From positions 52,514,001 to 52,578,000 of the forward strand of contig NW_027266265.1 of the NCBI RefSeq assembly GCF_022045235.1: 64,000 nucleotides of DNA. Reading direction: 5' to 3'. The position numbers were made by a program, and so were the translations under genes. This document shows positions 56,501 to 64,000 of the stretch, piece after piece; position 1 is the stretch's first letter; each line of letters opens with the position of its first letter. The notes under the pieces were generated by a model, which made no database searches, was not told the origin of the DNA, and saw nothing but the letters and a program-made list of their open reading frames with translations. The DNA is from Haliotis cracherodii. Lineage: Eukaryota.

Positions 56501-59500
56501 CAGGGCGGATCAGTGATTCGATTATTCCACAAAGAGCTGGAGGCGTATCTGGTCGCCGAGGGCCTGTTTGACGAGGTTGTCACTGAAGATGGTATGAGTT
56601 AATGCATCATTTTGTTTCTTGCTGACATCTTAATCTGTATTCGATTATATCTTCTATCATTTCAAAACAATGTAACTGATGGGATATGAAAATATACACT
56701 GTTCAAATATGATTTCAGTTCACTTCCGGGTTCGTGCAATCGACCAGCATCGTCCCAAGTCCCTGTCTCCATCTACTTCCGGTATCACCTATTGGCAGAT
56801 CGAGGCTGAACACAGTATTCTTGATGGTGAGGCAGCCTCGTTTCCATTTCCTCAGCGTATTACCCGTGATAGTTAAACATATTCTTTTTTTCCATTTGAC
56901 AGAACTAAAATGCACTATTCAAGTATTACATCACATTTATTCGCATGTACACAAACAATGCAAAGAGGGTGAAACGCATATGTAATTCCTCGTCAACGTG
57001 AAATCTAATAGCTTGACATGTCTTTACCATGTAAATGACTTGCACTAGCAGAACTAGTCCATATATATCGTTATATATTCCGTGACCCTGCTTAAGACGA
57101 AGTCGGATGAGTATAGCCATGTATATCAATACGAGCATTTATAGATGTAAGACAAGATGAAAAAGGTTTAGGAATAGGATTAAATAGCTGTAATGCTCAG
57201 GTAATCCAGTCGATAAACCTGGTAAGATATTGGAAATTCAATATTGACAAAAGGTAGTTCGTCTGTATTCTTAGTTAACGCTCAAAAGCCAAACTAACAG
57301 GATTTTTTTAATAATAGAATACAAAATGCGAATACTTCCAATCAGTTTCCTCGATCCCATTGACATGCCTACTTCCGTTATGTTTACGTTGACAGAAGGT
57401 TATCAATGTTTCACTTTTTTTAGGTGACGTACTGCGCTGGGAACAACAGATTCGCTTACGTCACATGTTGACGCGACAGTATTTGTGTATTGACTCCAGG
57501 TCAGAGGTCAGCCTCTGTCCTGACCCTTCTGACCCCAGGACGGTATTCCGGCTTCACTCTGTTCTCAAGGTAGGTCAAGTCGAGTTCGATTCTCTAAATG
57601 GTACAATTGCTGAATCTCCATCCCTGTGCCCCTCGCTGTGATATTGCATGGATATTGCTCTCTCATTCACTATACCAGTGTGTTAAAATCGAATTGCTAT
57701 CATTCCCATGTTTGATATTGTATACTAAGGTATGATATTGTATATTAGGATATAATATTGTACTATGCTTGTCGTGAGAGGCGACTAACGGGATCGGGTG
57801 GTCAAACTCGCTGATTTGGCTGATGCGCGTCATCGCTTACCAATTGGGTGGATCGGTGCTCATGGTGTCAATCACTGGATTGTCTGATCCAGACTCGATT
57901 ATTTACAGACCGCCGCCAAAAAGCTGGAATATTGCTGAGTGCGGCGTTATACAACAAACAAAATAATCGTGTATTATATTCTATTACATTGTAGTATATA
58001 GTGTATAATACTGTATGATATTGTATAGTAAGGTATAGTAAGGTATAATAAGGTATAATAAGGTATACTAATGTGTAATAGTGTATGGTATTTTATGATA
58101 ATATATGATAGTTATGATATTGCACGGTATTGTATAATAGTGTCCGGTATTGTGTAATATTGCATCACAGCGTCTAATATTGATGCTTAAAGAATCATGT
58201 TCAATTCCCGTGTTACAGGAGCGGGATGAGATCCAGTTTGAGAGCTACGCCCGGATCGAGCACATGTTGACAGGCTGCTGGCTACACGCACTCAAAGGTT
58301 CCATTCATTCTCATCCAGTGCACAGTCAGTTTATGTTTACGTGTTTTTAGCTCTGCTGGTGTCGGATGCACGGGCCGCAGGTACCACCGAGATGCTATAC
58401 ATCTCCCAGGCCAAACCATATACATATTATATTCAGAAATAGTCAATATATACTCCTGACCTGTTACCTCGAAGACAACCTTCCTTAATCACTGTCGAAT
58501 CACAGTGGCTGGGATTGCTCATTTCAGTTACTTACTCATATCGAATGTTTCGTTTAATCTATGAACTTCGAGATAAAAGGATTTTAATTTCATTAGAGTA
58601 ATATTCTAGTATACGCCAATATTAGTCAATAATGCCAAATATCTTTCATCATTACTTTTCTGTTAATCCATATTTACTTTATTTTACCTTAAACCTACCT
58701 TATTTTATCCTAGCTTTACCATACTTCTATTAGCCGTATTTCATTGCTATTCTTTTAGTTTTTCTTATAATTTCTACTTTGCTCGGGACTTTATGTATTC
58801 CTTGAAAATATTCTTCTTTTGAGTTAATTGCAGTTCTCGGCATGTTCTAAACCATACTCTATATTAAATATAATCGTCCTCGATTATTTATATATCAATA
58901 ATATAACCATTTTTATCGTTTTAGAATGGAGCGATAAGGCGTGAGTGAGTTAAAGTTAAACGTCGCGTGGGCATTATTTCAGCCTTATAGTGACGAGACC
59001 AAGTTGATATATTGAAAAAGGGAGTCATGAATGCAAAGTTATATTTAAAAACAAATATTATCAAACATATTTCGGCATAACACTACCATTACCACCAGTG
59101 AATTAGAGATAAAGCATTGAATAAAAATGTATATAATAGAATGGAGGTATCATAATATTAGGCGATGTTGAAGGAGGCACTGAGCTTGGCCTATTACCTT
59201 ACGGTTAAAGTTTCTGTTTACAAGATGAGTTTATGCCGTATTAAATTAACCGATATATGTATTCGTCATATTGATATTGCACGCTGACCGTCGTAAACAG
59301 GTCATGTTTTTTGTGGAAAAACTACGAACTGTGATCTCACTGCTCTCTACCCTCTTGTTAGCGGTCGTATGTTAATCTCTGTGCAATCAATGTCCTGTTC
59401 AGATGAAGACTATCAGAAGCATCAGTACCTGGATGGTGACAATGAGCGTTCTATGCAAGGGCTGCGCTGGGACGGCGCTGCGGTCAGAAAGGTAGATTAT

Positions 59501-62500
59501 ACGGCGCTTCCATGAATATATTGACTATGTAAACGCATCTCCACAAACCCTTCAATGTCACATTTGTTATCCTTTATTATTAAAAAAGCGGAGGACTATA
59601 AGTGAAATAAAAATTAAAATATAAATATTATTACTGAAAATCAGCTAAGGAGGAATGTAAAGTTTTGCATCTGCTTGTTTATGAATCATACAGTAACTTT
59701 AAACACAAAAGTTCGTTTTTATATGTTGGAGAAATACAATTAATAAACTACTCATAAACAGAGGGGCATATACTCGAATGTTCGTTCTATATTTTTTAGA
59801 CTTAAATTTTCTCCGTCCTTCCTACAGGTGTCCGCCAGCAATGAGAGCGTGTACGACGACGCCTACACCATACAGAGGGTGGAGAAGGTGGACGTCGGCA
59901 ACTTCAACTACGTGGCCGGCATGGTGCCCTTCCTCTTCAACCTCATACAGGACGTGCGTACTTTAACTTGTTGTCCATTGTACATTAACGTTTGTACTTC
60001 AATATACAAAAACACAACGACCGATTTTGTTGATGATATCCACAATACTGAAATAGTGGCATTTGTCAGTAGCTGCCCACATTAACAATAGTCATGTAAT
60101 ATGTGGCTTTTCATGAACATCAAGGTCAAAGATTGACACTTAAGGAAGATGCCCAGTTGATGAGGCACGTTACTGATTGCAGCACGTGCTGTTACTGTAT
60201 GTCTTTAACCCTGTCTTTGCAGCGTCGGAGTGCATCACCGCTGAATGCAAGGAAGACCCACGGAATACTTATGGTGCGTGCATATTTTTAGGATAAAATA
60301 TAAACTTTTACTGCAGTTGGCTCTAAATCCAGTTTACGTTTCCAAGATTTGTTGTTGAAAAGTGACCAAGGGCTTATTGTTATTGTGTGCTTTCTGCATA
60401 TATGAGAGCCCGTTTCTTCAATAACCCATGGTGGTCGTGAAGGCCGGCTCAAATTTTCATCGGATGGTATCAATGTGTGATTATGATAGATGCATATATA
60501 CTCATACTGCATATATCTTCCCCGGTTTGTCTGGCAAATAGTTCATTATCAACATCAGCATATTGATTTGATAGTTTTTCTTAGAAGTTGAAGGATAACA
60601 AAGTAGAAAGAAATATGGATAACACCTTTGTTGTACTGTAATAGCGACGTTTCGGTATAGATAATTTTTTGTCTACTTTTTTTGGCAACGCAAACAACAT
60701 GCACTCACTCCCATGGTTCTCTTGTTTTCCAGGCCTTGAGAGAGGTGAAGGACTTCATGTTGCCACACAACAAACCAGACAAAGACAGACAGAAGCTCAT
60801 GCGGAACTTACGGGTAAGACAATGAGACAATCAGACACCTATGGTCTTGTAAGAGACGACAAAGTAGATGGGACGGATGTGTGACTTCGTTGATATAGCT
60901 GGAATATTGCCACACAAGCATTTCATAAAGACTCGGCTAATCCTCCACTCCTCCTGCTCAGGTGATCGACCTGCTGGTGAAGCTGCTCCAGTCCCCACTA
61001 AGAGATGGGGATGAGGAGGCGCATCTCATCAGGATCTTCAAGGAGGCCTACGATGTCCTCCACGCCTACATGATAGGCAAGAGCAGGAAGAACGCCCTCT
61101 ACTTCGCCAAGTACATCGACTTCTTCCAGACACAGTTCACGCAAAAGGTACTCCGGACTTCAGTTTTCTTAGCATGATATAAGGGAGGAACTCTGTTCCA
61201 ATCACCTGGATTACCTATATTCATTTTAAACCCGTAATGTAGGTGGTCGAAAGAAAATATGTGACCCCCATGGCCAGGGGAAAAGGGACCTTATGGGTGT
61301 TAGGATACATAGTGCTAGAATACCATCGTTTGACGTCAACTTCTGTGAAGATCGCAATTTGTGCGGAAAGTACAATAATATCTTTTTTTTCTCTTGTTAT
61401 TTCGTTATTTCATAAAAACATTATTTCAAAACCTTTCAGCATACATATCTATCTACTTTCAATTCATAAGACATTGTCTAAAAATTGCATTTATTGCATA
61501 AATAGTTAAAGTCGGATAATGAGTTCATATGTTTGATGTCGTATGTCTCTCTATTATTAAATAGGAATTGAAGCTTGTGAATTGTATTTTTGTGTGCCGA
61601 AGATGCTGTAGTTTTAAAATATAATGAAGAGTCAAAATGTGATTTATTTTTTATTTTTTATTTTTTTCACCATCAGGTCTTAATCTCCTGGTGGGTCACA
61701 TATATCATTTAAAAACATTTTACTATTGTGTTGTATTTGTTGAAAATTACCTATGTATTGATGCATCTAGAGTCGAATCTATTGCTTGTGTCCATGTGTT
61801 TGTGCTTGCCCAAAGCGCCTACAACGGATCTGGAAGTGTCGTGTTTTATTTCTGATGTGTCGATGTGTTTTATTTCTGATGTGTCGATGTGTTTTATTTC
61901 TGATGTGTCGATGTGTTTTATTTCTGATGTGTCGATGTGTTTCCTTACACTACTCTGTCCATGACCTCAGGGTGGTATCGGCCTTAACGTGGCCTCTATG
62001 ATTGTCGAGCTGATCCGGGACAAGCGGAAGATTGTGGACAGGATCACTAACAACCACATCGACATCTTCATTCAGCTGCTCAGGTCCAACCAGGTAAGGT
62101 CACCCGTACCCTAGGGTGTTTACATCTTCTGGCTTATCTTTGAGAAGGTGGAATAAATAACAACAGTGAACCGAAAATTTGTTTGTCTCATCTTTTGTTA
62201 AACAAATAAAAATGGCATAAACAGTGGAGCTTCATTAAGTTCTAGGATTTATTCGCATTTCCACTGTAACTGTGTTCCGATGTTGGACTATCGTGCCTAT
62301 AACGATACATATTGTCTCTACCGATATATCGAAGACATTTTTTTAGGATTGTAATTCAAATCAAACCCTTGTAGTTCATAGCGCAAGTTTAGGTTTGCGG
62401 TGCTTGGACCCTTGTTCGTTCAAGAATCCTGTGATCGTTGGTTCCAATCCTAGATGCTCCCAGATTTTGATGCTTGGTTTTTGAGCATCGTACCCATAGA

Positions 62501-63605
62501 AGTTGTAAACGTCTAAGACTTGGGTCCCCCACATCAAGCTGCCACGCCGTGATATCATTGTAATACTGCTCAAGACAGCATTAAACAAACCTCTTTCTGG
62601 AACTTTTTTGCTTCCAGAATTACCGGTTCCTGGACCTCCTGCAGGTGCTGTGTGTCTGCGACTGCGTCGCCATCCCCAACAACCAGAGCTACATCGTGCA
62701 GCAGTGGCTGCGATCCTACAAGGTCAGCTTACAGAGTGACAATTATCATTTAGTGTTTCAATCGTACCATTGAACTCAATCCATTTGGTTTTATTTGTTT
62801 AGGGGCGGTCGGGTAGCCTAGTGGTTAAAGCGATCGCACGTCACGCTGGAGATCCGGGTTCGATTCCCGACATGGGTACAATGTGTTAAGCTCATTTCTG
62901 GTGTCCCCTGCCGTGATATTTCTGGAATATTACTCAAAGCGGCGTATAACCATACTCACTCGCTCACTAATTTCTTTTAGCGTACATTTTAGGTTTTCCT
63001 TAAGCTGGCTTGCTATAAATACATTTGAAAAGACACAAAGACCAATCCGTAAATCAGACATAAGAAATCGCCCCATCTTTATTCCAAACATTTCACTTTA
63101 CTGGTTCAATATATTGATAATAATATATAGAATTTCTTTTATTTCTTTGTTGTATTTGGGTTCGTACAAATTTAAAACCCTGTAAATTTCGGACAATGTA
63201 TTCATAATTATGTATATTGAAGGTAAGATTATATCTTGGGTATAAGATAAATCTGCGTCGGTCCCGTACCTATTCCAGAAACCGGGGACGTGTATACCAG
63301 ATAGCGTCATCAAACCGTTAAATCCTTCAGACAAAGAATGGTGTACTCAGCTTGGTCGAAAAAGCAATCTCCCGTGGTGTTTGAAGTTATAAACACCAGT
63401 CACAAATCACGAATGGCTTACACGATATTTGCTTTTTGTTAAAACCAATTCAATTTCGTTGACATTCTGTAATCTTGTCGATATTATATTACAGGACAGT
63501 GTTTACTTAATGGACCGTGGTCAGAATATCAACAAGAAGCCGAACATCGTCTACATCTCTGTTGACGGCGGCTCCCACTGGGTGGCACTGCATCACTTTG
63601 TTGAC
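6611..63605 (+). CDS. ITPR: Divergent inositol 1,4,5-trisphosphate receptor-like (ITPR/IP3R-family) Ca2+-release channel, 5' part (20 coding exons, 670 aa; gene continues beyond window)
   Basis: Manually spliced exons join in frame at GT-AG sites. They give ITPR-family motifs: YLCIGDHVSLY (cf. FLHIGDICSLY), RYGEIVQLKH (cf. QYGNVIQLLH), GGSVIRLFH (cf. GGDVVRLFH), RQKLMR, SRKN (cf. YRKN) and RFLDLLQVLCV (cf. RFLDYLSDLCV). Divergence from canonical ITPR1 is high. Confidence 0.93.
7960..8222 (+). mobile_element. SINE family B
   Basis: Near full-length copy. Confidence 0.87.
8781..9040 (+). mobile_element. Retroposon family C
   Basis: Same 5' start GACCCG(C/T)GAAGATCC and the same tail. Confidence 0.87.
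10453..10721 (+). mobile_element. Retroposon family C
   Basis: Full length, flanked by TCACACGTTT direct repeats. Confidence 0.9.
11534..11656. mobile_element. 123-bp Tc1/mariner-type MITE
   Basis: Near-palindrome with TIR CTACTCAAAAGAAGTTAAGGATCACC, flanked by TA on both sides. Confidence 0.88.
12365..12692 (+). mobile_element. SINE family D (tRNA head plus Meta/MESC-like central domain)
   Basis: tRNA-like head, then GTCATACCAAAAGACGTTAAAA.ATGGTA...CCTGGCGCTCGGC, which resembles the MetaSINE central domain (from recall, unverified). Sits inside a decayed reverse family B copy. Confidence 0.82.
13685..14130. repeat. Minisatellite, 30-bp unit CGTGTCCACAATCCTTGGTGTATACAGATA, ~14-15 copies
   Basis: Direct tandem periodicity; accounts for the six overlapping repetitive ORFs. 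Confidence 0.97.
14986..15031 (-). ncRNA. Minimal type-I hammerhead-ribozyme-like motif (U3-A8 core variant), probably Penelope-associated
   Basis: Minus strand reads AAGUGC-UUGAUAA-C-GAUGU(UAGAACCU)ACAUC-GAAA-CG-UC-GCUCUU. Stems I and II pair, and stem III is a palindromic CG. Confidence 0.5.
15186..15338 (+). mobile_element. SINE family A (tRNA-like head, ~160 bp)
   Basis: A-box TAGCCTAGTGG, shared 3' tail, TSD TGATTCCG. Confidence 0.85.
15633..15902 (+). mobile_element. Retroposon family C inserted into a Penelope-like remnant
   Basis: Full length, flanking ATGTCCT repeats. Confidence 0.88.
18859..18910. repeat. Poly-C run plus (CA)n microsatellite
   Basis: Seen directly. Similar low-complexity tracts at 1341-1400, 26485-26526, 27520-27645 and 52850-52883. 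Confidence 0.9.
19306..19872 (+). mobile_element. Two adjacent SINE family B copies (old ~19306-19562; young 19593-19872)
   Basis: The second copy is near consensus and flanked by CCAATACA repeats. Confidence 0.88.
20632..20754. mobile_element. 123-bp Tc1/mariner-type MITE (second copy)
   Basis: Same TIRs, same length, TA flanks. Solo TIR ends also at ~28475, ~48530 and ~50597. Confidence 0.88.
22039..22205 (-). mobile_element. SINE family A
   Basis: Full-length reverse copy with TSD TATTTCAG. Confidence 0.88.
22837..23855. repeat. Minisatellite, 38-bp unit ACCTCTCAGTATTTGACCCCCAGCATCCTTGTGTACAG, ~27 copies
   Basis: Direct tandem periodicity with no spacers. Confidence 0.97.
28665..28921 (+). 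mobile_element. SINE family B
   Basis: Full-length copy with a small deletion in the head. Confidence 0.9.
28938..29009. mobile_element. 72-bp hairpin MITE
   Basis: TIR C(G/A)TCTTCCCGAGGCAAGGG.GTTAAC with flanks TACATTCGA/TACATTCGT. The same terminus appears at ~24455-24499. Confidence 0.7.
31272..31437 (+). mobile_element. SINE family A
   Basis: A-box and B-box (GGTTCGATTCCC), tail ending (CTCA)n, TSD CTTAACAAAAGG at 31260-31271 and 31438-31449. Confidence 0.92.
32588..32849 (-). mobile_element. Retroposon family C (reverse)
   Basis: Full-length reverse copy ending TCTTCACGGGTC. Confidence 0.9.
33046..33156. repeat. 21-bp tandem repeat CATGACGTCCACTTATGTATT, ~5 copies
   Basis: Visible tandem periodicity. 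Confidence 0.93.
34545..34712 (+). mobile_element. SINE family A nested in an older reverse family C copy
   Basis: TSD TGATGACAAAGG at 34533-34544 and 34713-34724. The flanks are a decayed family C element (~34410-34760, minus strand). Confidence 0.9.
34905..35072 (+). mobile_element. SINE family A
   Basis: Full-length copy, TSD CTACCTAGC. Confidence 0.9.
35795..36040 (-). mobile_element. Retroposon family C (reverse)
   Basis: Near full-length reverse copy. Confidence 0.85.
37076..37941 (+). mobile_element. SINE family D spanning the assembly gap
   Basis: Head lies before the gap and tail after it. TSD TCCTATGTC(T/G)TAA at 37062-37074 and 37942-37954. Confidence 0.85.
37315..37895. other. 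Assembly gap (581 N)
   Basis: Run of N characters. Confidence 0.99.
37982..38055 (+). CDS. ITPR: ITPR-like exon 2 (S-STNNGLCVYSNQDRNRPVNIPNPQ-)
   Basis: Acceptor ttcttgcag, donor G|GTCAGA. Phase 2 to 1 links exons 1 and 3 in frame. Confidence 0.85.
39040..39167 (+). CDS. ITPR: ITPR-like exon 3 (AVVFQMFIQNRYKLNKKYRKWLALSQNPDVADSGIKVMLNQAK)
   Basis: Acceptor tttcag, donor AAG|GTCAGT. Aligns to ITPR 'CLFKLCPMNRY'. Confidence 0.88.
39403..39560 (+). mobile_element. SINE family A (diverged)
   Basis: Recognisable head CGTCACGCCGAAGACCCGGGTTCGATTCCC and tail. Other partial copies at ~9667-9770 and ~26606-26800. Confidence 0.8.
40163..40392 (+). mobile_element. SINE family D with internal deletions
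   Basis: TSD TCCTATTCCATAG at 40150-40162 and 40393-40405. Confidence 0.88.
41693..41967 (+). mobile_element. SINE family B
   Basis: TSD CCTCATATTAACG at 41680-41692 and 41968-41980; ends 37 nt before exon 4. Confidence 0.92.
42005..42091 (+). CDS. ITPR: ITPR-like exon 4 (MAAEAENKDNEAEQKRQHGKRVRYGEIVQ)
   Basis: Acceptor cctacag, donor CAG|GTCAGT. Matches ITPR '[28 protein letters not shown]'. Confidence 0.92.
42156..42378 (+). mobile_element. Retroposon family C (single-unit head variant)
   Basis: Same 5' start but only one 22-nt internal unit. Other partial copies: 1-30(-), 3411-3467(-), 9478-9602(-), 22490-22700, 34090-34190, 45487-45810 and 57761-57962. Confidence 0.87.
42420..43000 (+). 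pseudogene. Highly decayed Tc1-like transposase remnant (related piece at ~45060-45200)
   Basis: Broken motifs VIG-MLQ, QETGS and LQDQAH recall Tc1 'AIGMLQ..RETGS..FQQDNA.PH'. About 120 bp is similar to 45060-45190. Confidence 0.35.
43105..43380 (+). mobile_element. SINE family D, 5'-truncated
   Basis: Central domain and tail. An older copy lies at ~13255-13477. Confidence 0.85.
43620..44290 (-). mobile_element. Penelope-like retroelement remnant (RT C-terminus plus 3'UTR), frameshifted
   Basis: Frameshifted translation: LELEIQQTSETASSVSYLDI...RLYEKRDYFNFLTVNFPVLLNNIPPALPSGVYISQLLRNNRACSFYQDFK...KKLYGRHVGDISKFDASVTKMMSDAIPY*, stop at 43873-43875. Related 3' fragments at ~185-345, ~10750-11090 and ~15430-15630, all minus strand. 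Confidence 0.75.
46049..46126 (+). CDS. ITPR: ITPR-like exon 5 (LKHTFSGKFVHMSTTHTSMKDKNNMK)
   Basis: Acceptor cttccag, donor AAG|GTAACC. Matches 'LLHLKSNKYL...EKNAMR'. Confidence 0.9.
46530..46610 (+). CDS. ITPR: ITPR-like exon 6 (VSMHEFNAKNAQFRILPRYKVKSEGEV)
   Basis: Acceptor gttccag, donor GTG|GTACGT. Matches 'FYIQPFYKLRSIGDS'. Confidence 0.92.
47540..47686. repeat. 31-bp G-rich tandem repeat GGTGTCTGACGGGTTTGGGCTGGCCGGGTCA, ~4.7 copies
   Basis: Near-perfect tandem copies. Confidence 0.95.
48273..48490 (-). mobile_element. SINE family B (reverse, 5'-truncated)
   Basis: Reverse complement of the family B body and tail. Confidence 0.9.
48752..48849 (+). CDS. ITPR: ITPR-like exon 7 (VQLYDQIVFESVKSPGHYFHTSDPFQIDNFSCG)
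   Basis: Acceptor ttcccag, donor GG|GTATGT, phase 2. Matches '[21 protein letters not shown]'. Confidence 0.9.
49082..49234. repeat. 19-bp tandem repeat AGACTTGACAAACAATTCG, ~8 copies
   Basis: Visible tandem periodicity. Confidence 0.95.
50017..50140 (+). mobile_element. SINE family B, internally deleted (head joined to tail)
   Basis: Head GGGGCACGGGTGGCCCAGTCG joined directly to the tail; flanked by the direct repeat CTCACGAAACACACG. Confidence 0.85.
50430..50590 (+). mobile_element. SINE family A
   Basis: Full-length copy, TSD TGTTTACTA. Inserted at the end of a Tc1-type TIR (CTACTCAAAAGAAG at 50597). Confidence 0.9.
50671..50785. repeat. 23-bp tandem repeat ACCTCCCTAGTGGCTGACCAGTG, ~4.5 copies
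   Basis: Visible tandem periodicity. Confidence 0.93.
52140..52500 (-). mobile_element. Possible decayed Penelope-like end (GIY-YIG C-terminus plus degenerate hammerhead)
   Basis: Translation LHVSKPITGICKGGVFKRF resembles PLE endonuclease C-termini; downstream is ATGATGA...GAAACGTT. Weak evidence. Confidence 0.3.
54298..54458 (+). mobile_element. SINE family A
   Basis: TSD CTCGACCAAGAATT at 54284-54297 and 54459-54472. Confidence 0.9.
55600..55875 (+). mobile_element. SINE family B
   Basis: Full length, flanked by TCAAACTCAT repeats. More decayed copies at ~17703-17837, 24129-24328(-), 24836-25070, 35490-35750, 40595-40806, 53476-53615 and 62385-62590. Confidence 0.9.
56259..56346 (+). CDS. 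ITPR: ITPR-like exon 8 (-SELNLGVERSSFTLIGSLRENLELDKFVR)
   Basis: Acceptor tttacag, donor AGG|GTTGGT. Phase compatible with exons 7 and 9. Confidence 0.88.
56504..56591 (+). CDS. ITPR: ITPR-like exon 9 (GGSVIRLFHKELEAYLVAEGLFDEVVTED-)
   Basis: Acceptor tttacag, donor G|GTATGA. MIR-repeat motif matching 'GGDVVRLFHAEQEKFL'. Confidence 0.93.
56719..56826 (+). CDS. ITPR: ITPR-like exon 10 (VHFRVRAIDQHRPKSLSPSTSGITYWQIEAEHSILD-)
   Basis: Acceptor atttcag, donor G|GTGAGG. Matches 'VFLR...SATSSKALWEVE'. Confidence 0.92.
57424..57569 (+). CDS. ITPR: ITPR-like exon 11 (GDVLRWEQQIRLRHMLTRQYLCIDSRSEVSLCPDPSDPRTVFRLHSVLK)
   Basis: Acceptor ttttag, donor AAG|GTAGGT. Matches 'WNSLFRFKHLATGHYL'. Confidence 0.93.
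58219..58297 (+). CDS. ITPR: ITPR-like exon 12 (ERDEIQFESYARIEHMLTGCWLHALK-)
   Basis: Acceptor gttacag. Weak donor G|GTTCCA, with an in-frame alternative donor after 58324. MIR motif SY.R+.H..T..W+H. Confidence 0.88.
59403..59491 (+). CDS. ITPR: ITPR-like exon 13 (DEDYQKHQYLDGDNERSMQGLRWDGAAVRK)
   Basis: Acceptor ctgttcag, donor AAG|GTAGAT. Phase 1 to 0 fits the neighbouring exons. Confidence 0.85.
59828..59953 (+). CDS. ITPR: ITPR-like exon 14 (VSASNESVYDDAYTIQRVEKVDVGNFNYVAGMVPFLFNLIQD)
   Basis: Acceptor cctacag, donor GAC|GTGCGT. Codon third positions are GC-rich. Aligns to the 'EDKEAFAIVPVS..EVRDLDF' region. Confidence 0.9.
60223..60273 (+). CDS. ITPR: ITPR-like exon 15 (RRSASPLNARKTHGILM)
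   Basis: Acceptor tctttgcag, donor ATG|GTGCGT. Symmetric phase 0 and fills the expected gap before exon 16. Confidence 0.75.
60733..60813 (+). CDS. ITPR: ITPR-like exon 16 (ALREVKDFMLPHNKPDKDRQKLMRNLR)
   Basis: Acceptor ttttccag, donor CGG|GTAAGA. Carries the RIH-domain motif RQKLMR. Confidence 0.94.
60962..61147 (+). CDS. ITPR: ITPR-like exon 17 (VIDLLVKLLQSPLRDG...GKSRKNALYFAKYIDFFQTQFTQK)
   Basis: Acceptor tgctcag, donor AAG|GTACTC. Matches 'KLLQAPF...DYRKNQEYIAK'. Confidence 0.94.
61836..61942. repeat. 24-bp tandem repeat GTGTCGATGTGTTTTATTTCTGAT, ~4.5 copies
   Basis: Visible periodicity just upstream of the exon 18 acceptor. Confidence 0.93.
61971..62093 (+). CDS. ITPR: ITPR-like exon 18 (GGIGLNVASMIVELIRDKRKIVDRITNNHIDIFIQLLRSNQ)
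   Basis: Acceptor acctcag, donor CAG|GTAAGG. Matches '[29 protein letters not shown]'. Confidence 0.93.
62618..62722 (+). CDS. ITPR: ITPR-like exon 19 (NYRFLDLLQVLCVCDCVAIPNNQSYIVQQWLRSYK)
   Basis: Acceptor cttccag, donor AAG|GTCAGC. Matches 'RFLDYLSDLCVS...IPVTQELI'. Confidence 0.94.
62802..62968 (+). mobile_element. SINE family A
   Basis: Full-length copy in intron 19. Confidence 0.88.
63495..63605 (+). CDS. ITPR: ITPR-like exon 20 (DSVYLMDRGQNINKKPNIVYISVDGGSHWVALHHFVD)
   Basis: Acceptor attacag, donor GAC|GTGAGT. Phase 0 continuation. Confidence 0.85.
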
Positions 63606-64000
63606 GTGAGTCTAGCCTTGTAGGACAATGCACGGATTACCGGAACACACAGGATTCCATTACCATCAACCCGGGACGACATTTGTTTGCATGCGATATC
63701 GTGACAATTTGTCATTTGAGTTCTTTCATTTATGTACAGATGAGACCTATTGTTAACATATTGATTACATTTTTTAGAATATCGATTAATTTCAAACTGC
63801 GTTACGTGTATTCTCTTGTTATATATCGAACTCGTTGGTCTCGATTTATTTGTTTTCTCTTAACGCTTGCAAAGGGTTGGTATAAATGTAATGTTGACAA
63901 CAAAAAATGTTAACCCTGTTCTTTTAAGGGTATGTGTCTTGACTTCCATATCGGTGTTCATGCTGTCAACGCGACTAAAATATGGCTTCAATATCTAATA

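Noticed and set aside
6611-63605. Ryanodine receptor or canonical ITPR1 ortholog
   Set aside because: The IP3R-type RQKLMR and RKN motifs and the N-terminus argue against RyR. Heavy divergence in normally invariant segments argues against a canonical ortholog, so it is called ITPR-like only.

Overview
Animal genomic DNA rich in retroposons. The repeat landscape suggests a mollusc, possibly a gastropod or abalone (inference). The window holds the 5' part of one large + strand gene: a divergent inositol 1,4,5-trisphosphate receptor-like (ITPR-like) Ca2+-release channel. I assembled 20 GT-AG coding exons by hand (6611-63605, 2010 nt, 670 aa, all phases compatible, no stops). They cover the suppressor domain, the MIR/beta-trefoil IP3-binding core and the first RIH domain, and the gene continues past the window end. 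The first coding intron is about 31 kb. The introns hold four abundant short retroposon families, labelled A-D here. A, B and D have tRNA-like heads; C has a non-tRNA, structured head; all four end in a related 3' stem-loop. There are also Penelope-like RT remnants, a hammerhead-like motif, Tc1-type MITEs, several minisatellites and a 581-N gap. Most ORFs in the supplied track come from repeats. Most notable: the altered IP3-binding residue set, the pseudoknot-capable 5' head of family C, the covarying shared SINE tail, a U3-A8 hammerhead variant, and candidate alternative first exons.
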